Source: Amphiscolops sp. MND2022 (lineage: Eukaryota). Taken from it: 64,000 nt of DNA. Below, in pieces: positions 34,789-45,497 of the stretch (its first letter is position 1; each line of letters starts with the position of its first letter). The notes beneath the pieces are model-generated. The model had not been told where the DNA came from. It worked only from the letters and a program-made list of their open reading frames with translations, and made no database searches. The DNA lies in NCBI GenBank assembly GCA_964187785.1, contig OZ076409.1:15378001-15442000 (forward strand), in the 5' to 3' direction. Both the position numbers and the translations under genes were made by a program.

Positions 34789-36769
34789 TTTAAAGAATTT
34801 ATTGAAAACTGAGAATTTACAAGTAAAAAGTAATGAAGTCTAAGGTATAGGTATAAAAAGAGTATATGAGTAACTGAAGTGTTGAAAAAGCTGAAGTATG
34901 TAGATGAAGATGCTTGGTTATGGCATTTTTGAGAAAGCGCCAAAATGGGAATGTTTTTTTTAGGTATGAAGTTAGTATAATGTAGTTTGGAGAATGTATG
35001 AAAAAAAGATGTTTGCTCCTGGAAGGAGTTTGTTTTCAAAACCCGTTTTTTGCATACAGGTTGCGAACAACTAGTGCTCGAAAAGAATTGGGAATTGGGT
35101 TGATTGATGATGGTATTGTACAGATTTAGAACTTTAAAGTTCCAGTCAAAAAGGTCCGAAATTTTTCAGTTTAGTTTTTGTTTTCATTGTATAAGTTTTC
35201 AACTGCAGTGGAAACTTGTACAATTTTATTCTCCAGATTAATAGTGTAAATTTGGTGGTTTGTAGCATCATAGAATGGATCAAACTTCCGGATCAATGAG
35301 TAAAATTCAAAATGAGAAGTTAAAATAGTGTTAGAGTCAGAATGATTCCAGTTTGATTCAGATAAAAGATCTTCGAGTTTTTCTTTCTTCAGTGGTTGTA
35401 CGAGTGAAAAGGTCCTTTGAATTTTCTTTTCCTTGTCTAGTGTATTGATGTAGCCAGAAGTTTGTTGGGTTTTGATCACATGTTCTTTTATAGGAGGTAT
35501 TTCGTTGAAAATAGTTTCGGGTGCCAGTATTTTGTTTTGTTTCTTTTCCAAAAAGAATGGGTATTCATGATATCCATGCTTTGCCGTTGACTGTTGGTCA
35601 TCTGCTTGATTTCGGGCAAGGTCTGTTGAGGATTTCCATTCAGTTGAGCGATGCATTATATTAGGTTTTTGCATAGGAATGGTATCTTTCTTTGAGTTGT
35701 TAATGCATGGTTGTTCAGTTTCTGCCACGTTGTTATTGCATTCGGTTTCAGTACCATCATCGGTCTGCTTTGGCGCCTTTGAGATTGGTTCAGCATCATC
35801 TGAATCTGACAGTTCAGGTTCATTAGACATTGGCTCTGTTTCTGCAGTTTCCATAACGTAGTCAGTTGTTAACTTCTGGTTCTGAGATTCACTGTTTTTC
35901 TGTATTTGCTGTTCGTCTGATAGTTGTTTTGGGCATCTTGATTGTTGATGAGCACTGGGAAGGTTCTCAATGACGCATAAAGAGCATTCGAGGAGTGGGA
36001 TACAGCAACATTTGAAAAAAATGCCACTGGAACTAAACATTTTGTCATATGCATTATTGGCCCAGTTTTGTAGTAAACTTTCCTCATTCTCATTGTCAAT
36101 TAAAACTGTAATTCTTGCCTCTCCTGTATAAAAAAGGCTGCTATCAGGAAGTCGTCGTTGTTGATGAAAAATTTTGCTACTAAATTTGAAGTTTTGAAGA
36201 CCACAGCTACTCAAAATATCCTCATCCGTCAGAAAGTGTGGTAGGTTTCGGAAAGATATTGGTAATCTTTTTGGATAGACATTGTTGTTCGGGTTGGAAT
36301 AATTGACAGAATAAGGCCGTATTTTCCGATTGCGAAGAGTAATGCCCTCGTGAATAAGAGAGGAAGCTGCATTTTCAAGTTTGTAAGGAATGATCACAGT
36401 AATACACTTCAAATTGCCTTTGTTGCGTAAAATTGTAGTTTTGAAGATGGTAATTTCATTGGAGTTAAGTCGGTTTTTGACGGCCATAACAGCTTCCACA
36501 AACATTGAATCCAGTAATTTGCTGTTGTTGAACATTTCAGATGTCAGTGGTAAGGCAAAGTTGATAATAATTGGTAATTTGTCCATATTTGAGTTCGATT
36601 TCGACAAGGAAATAACTGCATTTTTGTAACAATTTTGCTCAACATTTTCATTATGATGTTGATCAAGCTCACTCGTGTTCAAATTAGTCATTACTTTTGC
36701 AACTTTTGCTGCAAAATTTGCAAGATGGCGCTGTGCAAACAAAGTTTGCAGGCTGACAGAGTAACGCCG
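34789..36769 (-). mobile_element. Element A, copy 2
   Basis: Same termini and TSD. Confidence 0.9.
35171..36691 (-). CDS. ORF1-like protein A2
   Basis: Intact; few aa differences from A1. Confidence 0.85.
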   Translation of the reverse strand: MTNLNTSELDQHHNENVEQNCYKNAVISLSKSNSNMDKLPIIINFALPLTSEMFNNSKLLDSMFVEAVMAVKNRLNSNEITIFKTTILRNKGNLKCITVIIPYKLENAASSLIHEGITLRNRKIRPYSVNYSNPNNNVYPKRLPISFRNLPHFLTDEDILSSCGLQNFKFSSKIFHQQRRLPDSSLFYTGEARITVLIDNENEESLLQNWANNAYDKMFSSSGIFFKCCCIPLLECSLCVIENLPSAHQQSRCPKQLSDEQQIQKNSESQNQKLTTDYVMETAETEPMSNEPELSDSDDAEPISKAPKQTDDGTETECNNNVAETEQPCINNSKKDTIPMQKPNIMHRSTEWKSSTDLARNQADDQQSTAKHGYHEYPFFLEKKQNKILAPETIFNEIPPIKEHVIKTQQTSGYINTLDKEKKIQRTFSLVQPLKKEKLEDLLSESNWNHSDSNTILTSHFEFYSLIRKFDPFYDATNHQIYTINLENKIVQVSTAVENLYNENKN

Positions 36770-37345
36770 TATCACAACAATTAGGCTAAAAGCAAAGAGT
36801 CAATTTTTGGAGCGCGAGACTCCTATCTGCGGTACGGACTTACCATTACCAGCCAACAACTTGTTTTGAGGAGAAATTCTCATGAAAAGACGACGTGTCA
36901 AGTTATTGACATCTGATGAAACAAAAATATTCCAGAAAAATTGTGAGAAAGCAAAATTTTGACTCTATTACGAAAATGTATGCTGAAAAGCATAAATTAG
37001 TAAGCTTAAAAATGAAATTCCATGTATTATCAAAAGTCGACTCAGGAGTGTGAAAAACACGTTTTAGGGGTAATTTTGGGCCCTCTTTCCAATGCCGTTG
37101 TCCGTTTTTTGCTATCTGTTCATTTTGACCTCTTTTGCAAAACTGTCACCGAAGTTAAACCACTTTTTGTGAAAATAGTAAAAATGACATAACTCAATGA
37201 AAATTCAAGTGATGGCGGCGAAAATTTCAGCATGGGGGTTTTTTTGGACGCTCTTTCCAATGCCGTTGTCCGTTTTTTGCTATCTGTTCATTTTGACCCC
37301 TTTTGCGAAACTGTCACCGAAGTTAAACCACATTTCTGACAAAAA

Positions 37346-37464
37346 AGGCTACAACACCTGGTGTTCCCAAGCGGTCTCCCATCCAAGTACTAACCAGGCC
37401 CTATGTTGTTTAACTTCGGTGATCGGACGAGAACCGGTGCATTCAACATGGTATGGTCGTAGCC
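37346..37464 (-). rRNA. 5S rRNA
   Basis: Consensus copy. Confidence 0.97.
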
Positions 37465-37556
37465 GATCATTGTAAAATCAATAGCTTTATATGCTTAACA
37501 ACAAAATTACGTACAATGATACGAAAATTTTCTCGGTCAAAATACGCGTAACTTTT

Positions 37557-37691
37557 AAGTTAGTGCAGACTAGCTTGTTCCTTGTTCAAAAATTGGGCAG
37601 CAGACCACTTTCGCAGTCTGCTTTCAAATAAAACTTATCAATAGGGTTGGAATACTTACCTATTTAATAAGTTTATCACAACAATTAGGCT
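37557..37691 (-). ncRNA. SL RNA coding sequence downstream of A3
   Basis: Same architecture. Confidence 0.8.
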
Positions 37692-39672
37692 TTTAAAGAA
37701 TTTATTGAAAACTGAGAATTTACAAGTAAAAAGTAATGAAGTCTAAGGTATATGTATAAAATGAGTATATGAGTAACTGAAGTGTTGAAAAAGCTGAAGT
37801 ATGTAGATGAAGATGCTTGGTTATGGCATTTTTGAGAAAGCGCCAAAATGGGAATGTTTTTTTTTGGTATGAAGTTAGTATAATGAAGTTTGGAGAATGT
37901 ATGAAAAAAAGAAGTTTGCTCCTGGAAGGAGTTTGTTCTCAAAACCCGTTTTTTGCATACCGGTTACGAACAACTAGTGCTCGAAAAGAATTGGGAATTG
38001 GGTTGATTGATGATGGTATTGTAGAGATTTAGAACTTTAAAGTTCCAGTCAAAAAGGTCCGAAATTTTTCAGTTTAGTTTTTGTTTTCATTGTATAGGTT
38101 TTCAACTGCAGTGAAAACTTGTACAATTTTATTCTCCAGATTAATAGTGTAAATTTGGTGGTTTGTAGCATCATAGAATGGATCAAACTTCCGGATCAAT
38201 GAGTAAAATTCAAAATGAGAAGTTAAAATAGTGTTAGAGTCAGAATGTTTCCAGTTTGATTCAGATAAAAGATCTTCGAGTTTTTCTTTCTTCAGTGGTT
38301 GTACGAGTGAAAAGGTCCTTTCAATTTTCTTTTCCTTGTCTAGTGTATTGATGTAGCCAGAAGTTTGTTGGGTTTTGATCACATGTTCTTTTATAGGAGG
38401 TATTTCGTTGAAAATAGTTTCGGGTGCCAGTATTTTGTTTTGTTTCTTTTCCAAAAAGAATGGGTATTCATGATATCCATGCTTTGCCGTTGACTGTTGG
38501 TCATCTGCTTGATTTCGGGCAAGGTCTGTTGAGGATTTCCATTCAGTTGAGCGATGCATTATATTAGGTTTTTGCATAGGAATGGTATCTTTCTTTGAGT
38601 TGTTAATGCATGGTTGTTCAGTTTCTGCCACGTTGTTATTGCATTCGGTTTCAGTACCATCATCGGTCTGCTTTGGCGCCTTTGAGATTGGTTCAGCATC
38701 ATCTGAATCTGACAGTTCAGGTTCATTAGACATTGGCTCTGTTTCTGCAGTTTCCATAACGTAGTCAGTTGTTAACTTCTGGTTCTGAGATTCACTGTTT
38801 TTCTGTATTTGCTGTTCGTCTGATAGTTGTTTTGGGCATCTTGATTGTTGATGAGCACTGGGAAGGTTCTCAATGACGCATAAAGAGCATTCGAGGAGTG
38901 GGATACAGCAACATTTGAAAAAAATGCCACTGGAACTAAACATTTTGTCATATGCATTATTGGCCCAGTTTTGTAGTAAACTTTCCTCATTCTCATTGTC
39001 AATTAAAACTGTAATTCTTGCCTCTCCTGTATAAAAAAGGCTGCTATCAGGAAGTCGTCGTTGTTGATGAAAAATTTTGCTACTAAATTTGAAGTTTTGA
39101 AGACCACAGCTACTCAAAATATCCTCATCCGTCAGAAAGTGTGGTAGGTTTCGGAAAGATATTGGTAATCTTTTTGGATAGACATTGTTGTTCGGGTTGG
39201 AATAATTGACAGAATAAGGCCGTATTTTCCGATTGCGAAGAGTAATGCCCTCGTGAATAAGAGAGGAAGCTGCATTTTCAAGTTTGTAAGGAATGATCAC
39301 AGTAATACACTTCAAATTGCCTTTGTTGCGTAAAATTGTAGTTTTGAAGATGGTAATTTCATTGGAGTTAAGTCGGTTTTTGACGGCCATAACAGCTTCC
39401 ACAAACAATGAATCCAGTAATTTGCTGTTGTTGAACATTTCAGATGTCAGTGGTAAGGCAAAGTTGATAATAATTGGTAATTTGTCCATATTTGAGTTCG
39501 ATTTCGACAAGGAAATAACTGCATTTTTGTAACAATTTTGCTCAACATTTTCATTATGATGTTGATCAAGCTCACTCGTGTTCAAATTAGTCATTACTTT
39601 TGCAACTTTTGCTGCAAAATTTGCAAGATGGCGCTGTGCAAACAAAGTTTGCAGGCTGACAGAGTAACGCCG
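37692..39672 (-). mobile_element. Element A, copy 3
   Basis: Same termini and TSD. Confidence 0.9.
38074..39594 (-). CDS. ORF1-like protein A3
   Basis: Intact ORF. Confidence 0.85.
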   Translation of the reverse strand: MTNLNTSELDQHHNENVEQNCYKNAVISLSKSNSNMDKLPIIINFALPLTSEMFNNSKLLDSLFVEAVMAVKNRLNSNEITIFKTTILRNKGNLKCITVIIPYKLENAASSLIHEGITLRNRKIRPYSVNYSNPNNNVYPKRLPISFRNLPHFLTDEDILSSCGLQNFKFSSKIFHQQRRLPDSSLFYTGEARITVLIDNENEESLLQNWANNAYDKMFSSSGIFFKCCCIPLLECSLCVIENLPSAHQQSRCPKQLSDEQQIQKNSESQNQKLTTDYVMETAETEPMSNEPELSDSDDAEPISKAPKQTDDGTETECNNNVAETEQPCINNSKKDTIPMQKPNIMHRSTEWKSSTDLARNQADDQQSTAKHGYHEYPFFLEKKQNKILAPETIFNEIPPIKEHVIKTQQTSGYINTLDKEKKIERTFSLVQPLKKEKLEDLLSESNWKHSDSNTILTSHFEFYSLIRKFDPFYDATNHQIYTINLENKIVQVFTAVENLYNENKN

Positions 39673-40248
39673 TATCACAACAATTAGGCTAAAAGCAAAG
39701 AGTCAATTTTTGGAGCGCGAGACTCCTATCTGCGGTACGGACTTACCATTACCAGCCAACAACTTGTTTTGAGGAGAAATTCTCATGAAAAGACGACGTG
39801 TCAAGTTATTGACATCTGATGAAACAAAAATATTCCAGAAAAATTGTGAGAAAGCAAAATTTTGACTCTATTACGAAAATGTATGCTGAAAAGCATAAAT
39901 TAGTAAGCTTAAAAATGAAATTCCATGTATTATCAAAAGTCGACTCAGGAGTGTGAAAAACACGTTTTAGGGGTAATTTTGGGCCCTCTTTCCAATGCCG
40001 TTGTCCGTTTTTTGCTATCTGTTCATTTTGACCTCTTTTGCAAAACTGTCACCGAAGTTAAACCACTTTTTGAGAAAATAGTAAAAATGACATAACTCAA
40101 TGAAAATTCAAGTGATGGCGGCGAAAATTTCAGCATGGGGGTTTTTTTGGACGCTCTTTCCAATGCCGTTGTCCGTTTTTTGCTATCTGTTCATTTTGAC
40201 CCCTTTTGCGAAACTGTCACCGAAGTTAAACCACATTTCTGACAAAAA

Positions 40249-40367
40249 AGGCTACAACACCTGGTGTTCCCAAGCGGTCTCCCATCCAAGTACTAACCAG
40301 GCCCTATGTTGTTTAACTTCGGTGATCGGACGAGAACCGGTGCATTCAACATGGTATGGTCGTAGCC
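40249..40367 (-). rRNA. 5S rRNA
   Basis: Consensus copy. Confidence 0.97.
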
Positions 40368-40459
40368 GATCATTGTAAAATCAATAGCTTTATATGCTTA
40401 ACAACAAAATTACGTACAATGATACGAAAATTTTCTCGGTCAAAATACGCGTAACTTTT

Positions 40460-40594
40460 AAGTTAGTGCAGACTAGCTTGTTCCTTGTTCAAAAATTGGG
40501 CAGCAGACCACTTTCGCAGTCTGCTTTCAAATAAAACTTATCAATAGGGTTGGAATACTTACCTATTTAATAAGTTTATCACAACAATTAGGCT
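40460..40594 (-). ncRNA. SL RNA coding sequence downstream of A4
   Basis: Same architecture. Confidence 0.8.
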
Positions 40595-42575
40595 TTTAAA
40601 GAATTTATTGAAAACTGAGAATTTACAAGTAAAAAGTAATGAAGTCTAAGGTATATGTATAAAATGAGTATATGAGTAACTGAAGTGTTGAAAAAGCTGA
40701 AGTATGTAGATGAAGATGCTTGGTTATGGCATTTTTGAGAAAGCGCCAAAATGGGAATGTTTTTTTTTGGTATGAAGTTAGTATAATGAAGTTTGGAGAA
40801 TGTATGAAAAAAAGAAGTTTGCTCCTGGAAGGAGTTTGTTCTCAAAACCCGTTTTTTGCATACCGGTTACGAACAACTAGTGCTCGAAAAGAATTGGGAA
40901 TTGGGTTGATTGATGATGGTATTGTAGAGATTTAGAACTTTAAAGTTCCAGTCAAAAAGGTCCGAAATTTTTCAGTTTAGTTTTTGTTTTCATTGTATAG
41001 GTTTTCAACTGCAGTGAAAACTTGTACAATTTTATTCTCCAGATTAATAGTGTAAATTTGGTGGTTTGTAGCATCATAGAATGGATCAAACTTCCGGATC
41101 AATGAGTAAAATTCAAAATGAGAAGTTAAAATAGTGTTAGAGTCAGAATGTTTCCAGTTTGATTCAGATAAAAGATCTTCGAGTTTTTCTTTCTTCAGTG
41201 GTTGTACGAGTGAAAAGGTCCTTTCAATTTTCTTTTCCTTGTCTAGTGTATTGATGTAGCCAGAAGTTTGTTGGGTTTTGATCACATGTTCTTTTATAGG
41301 AGGTATTTCGTTGAAAATAGTTTCGGGTGCCAGTATTTTGTTTTGTTTCTTTTCCAAAAAGAATGGGTATTCATGATATCCATGCTTTGCCGTTGACTGT
41401 TGGTCATCTGCTTGATTTCGGGCAAGGTCTGTTGAGGATTCCCATTCAGTTGAGCGATGTATTAGTTTAGGTTTTTGCATAGGAATGGTATCTTTCTTTG
41501 AGTTGTTAATGCATGGTTGTTCAGTTTCTGCCACGTTGTTATTGCATTCGGTTTCAGTACCATCATCGGTCTGCTTTGGCGCCTTTGAGATTGGTTCAGC
41601 ATCATCTGAATCTGACAGTTCAGGTTCATTAGACATTGGCTCTGTTTCTGCAGTTTCCATAACGTAGTCAGTTGTTAACTTCTGGTTCTGAGATTCACTG
41701 TTTTTCTGTATTTGCTGTTCGTCTGATAGTTGTTTTGGGCATCTTGATTGTTGATAAGCACTGGGAAGGTTCTCATTGACGCATAAAGAGCATTCGAGAA
41801 GTGGGATACAGCAACATTTGAAAAAAATGCCACTGGAACTAAACATTTTGTCATATGCATTATTGGCCCAGTTTTGTAGTAAGCTTTTCTCATTCTCATT
41901 GTCAATTAAAACTATAATTTTTGCCTCTCCTGTATAAAAAAGGCTGCTATCAGGAAGTCGTCGTTGTTGATGAAAAATTTTGCTACTAAATTTGAAGTTT
42001 TGAAGACCACAGCTACTCAAAATATCCTCATCCGTCAGAAAGTGTGGTAGGTTTCGGAAAGATATTGGTAATCTTTTTGGATAGACATTGTTGTTCGGGT
42101 TGGAATAATTGACAGAATAAGGCCGTATTTTCCGATTGCGAAGAGTAATGCCCTCGTGAATAAGAGAGGAAGCTGCATTTTCAAGTTTGTAAGGAATGAT
42201 CACAGTAATACACTTCAAATTGCCTTTGTTGCGTAAAATTGTAGTTTTGAAGATGGTAATTTCATTGGAGATAAGTCGGTTTTTGACGGCCATAACAGCT
42301 TCCACAAACATTGAATCCAGTAATTTGCTGTTTTTGAACATTTCAGATGTCAGTGGTAAGGCAAAGTTGATAATAATTGGTAATTTGTCCATATTTGAGT
42401 TCGATTTCGACAAGGAAATAACTGCATTTTTGTAACAATTTTGCTCAACATTTTCATTATGATGTTGATCAAGCTCACTCGTGTTCAAATTAGTCATTAC
42501 TTTTGCAACTTTTGCTGCAAAATTTGCAAGATGGCGCTGTGCAAACAAAGTTTGCAGGCTGACAGAGTAACGCCG
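40595..42575 (-). mobile_element. Element A, copy 4
   Basis: Same termini and TSD. Confidence 0.9.
40977..42497 (-). CDS. ORF1-like protein A4 (zinc-knuckle His changed to Tyr)
   Basis: Intact ORF; PSAYQQSRC. Confidence 0.85.
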   Translation of the reverse strand: MTNLNTSELDQHHNENVEQNCYKNAVISLSKSNSNMDKLPIIINFALPLTSEMFKNSKLLDSMFVEAVMAVKNRLISNEITIFKTTILRNKGNLKCITVIIPYKLENAASSLIHEGITLRNRKIRPYSVNYSNPNNNVYPKRLPISFRNLPHFLTDEDILSSCGLQNFKFSSKIFHQQRRLPDSSLFYTGEAKIIVLIDNENEKSLLQNWANNAYDKMFSSSGIFFKCCCIPLLECSLCVNENLPSAYQQSRCPKQLSDEQQIQKNSESQNQKLTTDYVMETAETEPMSNEPELSDSDDAEPISKAPKQTDDGTETECNNNVAETEQPCINNSKKDTIPMQKPKLIHRSTEWESSTDLARNQADDQQSTAKHGYHEYPFFLEKKQNKILAPETIFNEIPPIKEHVIKTQQTSGYINTLDKEKKIERTFSLVQPLKKEKLEDLLSESNWKHSDSNTILTSHFEFYSLIRKFDPFYDATNHQIYTINLENKIVQVFTAVENLYNENKN

Positions 42576-43151
42576 TATCACAACAATTAGGCTAAAAGCA
42601 AAGAGTCAATTTTTGGAGCGCGAGACTCCTATCTGCGGTACGGACTTACCATTACCAGCCAACAACTTGTTTTGAGGAGAAATTCTCATGAAAAGACGAC
42701 GTGTCAAGTTATTGACATCTGATGAAACAAAAATATTCCAGAAAAATTGTGAGAAAGCAAAATTTTGACTCTATTACGAAAATGTATGCTGAAAAGCATA
42801 AATTAGTAAGCTTAAAAATGAAATTCCATGTATTATCAAAAGTCGACTCAGGAGTGTGAAAAACACGTTTTAGGGGTAATTTTGGGCCCTCTTTCCAATG
42901 CCGTTGTCCGTTTTTTGCTATCTGTTCATTTTGACCTCTTTTGCAAAACTGTCACCAAAGTTAAACCACATTTTGTGAAAATAGTAAAAATGACATAACT
43001 CAATGAAAATTCAAGTGATGGCGGCGAAAATTTCAGCATGGGGGTTTTTTTGGACGCTCTTTCCAATGCCGTTGTCCGTTTTTTGCTATCTGTTGCTTTT
43101 GACCCCTTTTGCGAAACTGTCACCGAAGTTAAACCACATTTCTGACAAAAA

Positions 43152-43270
43152 AGGCTACAACACCTGGTGTTCCCAAGCGGTCTCCCATCCAAGTACTAAC
43201 CAGGCCCTATGTTGTTTAACTTCGGTGATCGGACGAGAACCGGTGCATTCAACATGGTATGGTCGTAGCC
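43152..43270 (-). rRNA. 5S rRNA
   Basis: Consensus copy. Confidence 0.97.
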
Positions 43271-43362
43271 GATCATTGTAAAATCAATAGCTTTATATGC
43301 TTAACAACAAAATTACGTACAATGATACGAAAATTTTCTCGGTCAAAATACGCGTAACTTTT

Positions 43363-43497
43363 AAGTTAGTGCAGACTAGCTTGTTCCTTGTTCAAAAATT
43401 GGGCAGCAGACCACTTTCGCAGTCTGCTTTCAAATAAAACTTATCAATTGGGTTGGAATACTTACCTATTTATTAAGTTTATCACAACAATTAGGCT
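43363..43497 (-). ncRNA. SL RNA coding sequence downstream of A5
   Basis: Same architecture, 2 substitutions. Confidence 0.8.
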
Positions 43498-45479
43498 TTT
43501 AAAGAATTTATTGAAAACTGAGAATTTACAAGTAAAAAGTAATGAAGTCTAAGGTATATGTATAAAATGAGTATATGAGTAACTGAAGTGTTGAAAGAGC
43601 TGAAGTATGTAGATGAAGATGCTTGGTTATGGCATTTTTGAGAAAGCGCCAAAATGGGAATTGTTTTTTTTTGGTATGAAGTTAGTATAATGTAGTTTGG
43701 AGAATGTATGAAAAAAAGATGTTTGCTCCTGGAAGGAGTTTGTTCTCAAAACCCGTTTTTTGCATACAGGTTGCGAACAACTAGTGCTCGAAAAGAATTG
43801 GGAATTGGGTTGATTGATGGTGGTATTGTAGAGATTTAGAACTTTAAAGTTCCAGTCAAAAAGGTCCGAAGTTTTTCAGTTTAGTTTTTGTTTTCATTGT
43901 ATAAGTTTTCAACTGCAGTGAAAACTTGTACAATTTTATTCTCCAGATTAATAGTGTAAATTTGGTGGTTTGTAGCATCATAGAATGGATCAAACTTCCG
44001 GATCAATGAGTAAAATTCAAAATGAGAAGTTAAAATAGTGTTAGAGTCAGAATGTTTCCAGTTTGATTCAGATAAAAGATCTTCGAGTTTTTCTTTCTTC
44101 AGTGGTTGTACGAGTGAAAAGGTTCTTTGAATTCTCTTTTCCTTGTCTAGTGTATTGATGTAGCCAGAAGTTTGTTGGGTTTTGATCACATGTTCTTTTA
44201 TAGGAGGTATTTCGTTGAAAATAGTTTCGGGTGCCAGTATTTTGTTTTGTTTCTTTTCCAAAAAGAATGGGTATTCATGATATCCATGCTTTGCCGTTGA
44301 CTGTTGGTCATCTGCTTGGTTTCGGGCAAGGTCTGTTGAGGATTCCCATTCAGTTGAGCGATGCATTAGTTTAGGTTTTTGCATAGGAATGGTATCTTTC
44401 TTTGAGTTGTTAATGCATGGTTGTTCAGTTTCTGCCACGTTGTTATTGCATTCGGTTTCAGTACCATCATCGGTCTGCTTTGGCGCCTTTGAGATTGGTT
44501 CAGCATCATCTGAATCTGACAGTTCAGGTTCATTAGACATTGGCTCTGTTTCTGCAGTTTCCATAACGTAGTCAGTTGTTAACTTCTGGTTCTGAGATTC
44601 ACTGTTTTTCTGTATTTGCTGTTCGTCTGATAGTTGTTTTGGGCATCTTGATTGTTGATGAGCACTGGGAAGGTTCTCATTGACGCATAAAGAGCATTCG
44701 AGGAGTGGGATACAGCAACATTTGAAAAAAATGCCACTGGAACTAAACATTTTGTCATATGCATTATTGGCCCAGTTTTGTAGTAAACTTTCCTCATTCT
44801 CATTGTCAATTAAAACTGTAATTCTTGCCTCTCCTGTATAAAAAAGGCTGCTATCAGGAAGTCGTCGTTGTTGATGAAAAATTTTGCTACTAAATTTGAA
44901 GTTTTGAAGACCACAGCTACTCAAAATATCCTCATCCGTCAGAATGTGTGGTAGGTTTCGGAAAGATATTGGTAATCTTTTTGGATAGACATTGTTGTTC
45001 GGGTTGGAATAATTGACAGAATAAGGCCGTATTTTCCGATTGCGAAGAGTAATGCCCTCGTGAATAAGAGAGGAAGCTGCATTTTCAAGTTTGTAAGGAA
45101 TGATCACAGTAATACACTTCAAATTGCCTTTGTTGCGTAAAATTGTAGTTTTGAAGATGGTAATTTCATTGGAGTTAAGTCGGTTTTTGACGGCCATAAC
45201 AGCTTCCACAAACATTGAATCCAGTAATTTGCTGTTGTTGAACATTTCAGATGTCAGTGGTAAGGCAAAGTTGATAATAATTGGTAATTTGTCCATATTT
45301 GAGTTCGATTTCGACAAGGAAATAACTGCATTTTTGTAACAATTTTGCTCAACATTTTCATTATGATGTTGATCAAGCTCACTCGTGTTCAAATTAGTCA
45401 TTACTTTTGCAACTTTTGCTGCAAATTTTGCAAGATGGCGCTGTGCAAACAAAGTTTGCAGGCTGACAGAGTAACGCCG
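43498..45479 (-). mobile_element. Element A, copy 5 (tandem trimer)
   Basis: Separated from A6 only by the 18-bp TSD 45480-45497. Confidence 0.9.
43881..45401 (-). CDS. ORF1-like protein A5
   Basis: Intact ORF. Confidence 0.85.
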   Translation of the reverse strand: MTNLNTSELDQHHNENVEQNCYKNAVISLSKSNSNMDKLPIIINFALPLTSEMFNNSKLLDSMFVEAVMAVKNRLNSNEITIFKTTILRNKGNLKCITVIIPYKLENAASSLIHEGITLRNRKIRPYSVNYSNPNNNVYPKRLPISFRNLPHILTDEDILSSCGLQNFKFSSKIFHQQRRLPDSSLFYTGEARITVLIDNENEESLLQNWANNAYDKMFSSSGIFFKCCCIPLLECSLCVNENLPSAHQQSRCPKQLSDEQQIQKNSESQNQKLTTDYVMETAETEPMSNEPELSDSDDAEPISKAPKQTDDGTETECNNNVAETEQPCINNSKKDTIPMQKPKLMHRSTEWESSTDLARNQADDQQSTAKHGYHEYPFFLEKKQNKILAPETIFNEIPPIKEHVIKTQQTSGYINTLDKEKRIQRTFSLVQPLKKEKLEDLLSESNWKHSDSNTILTSHFEFYSLIRKFDPFYDATNHQIYTINLENKIVQVFTAVENLYNENKN

Positions 45480-45497
45480 TATCACAACAATTAGGCT

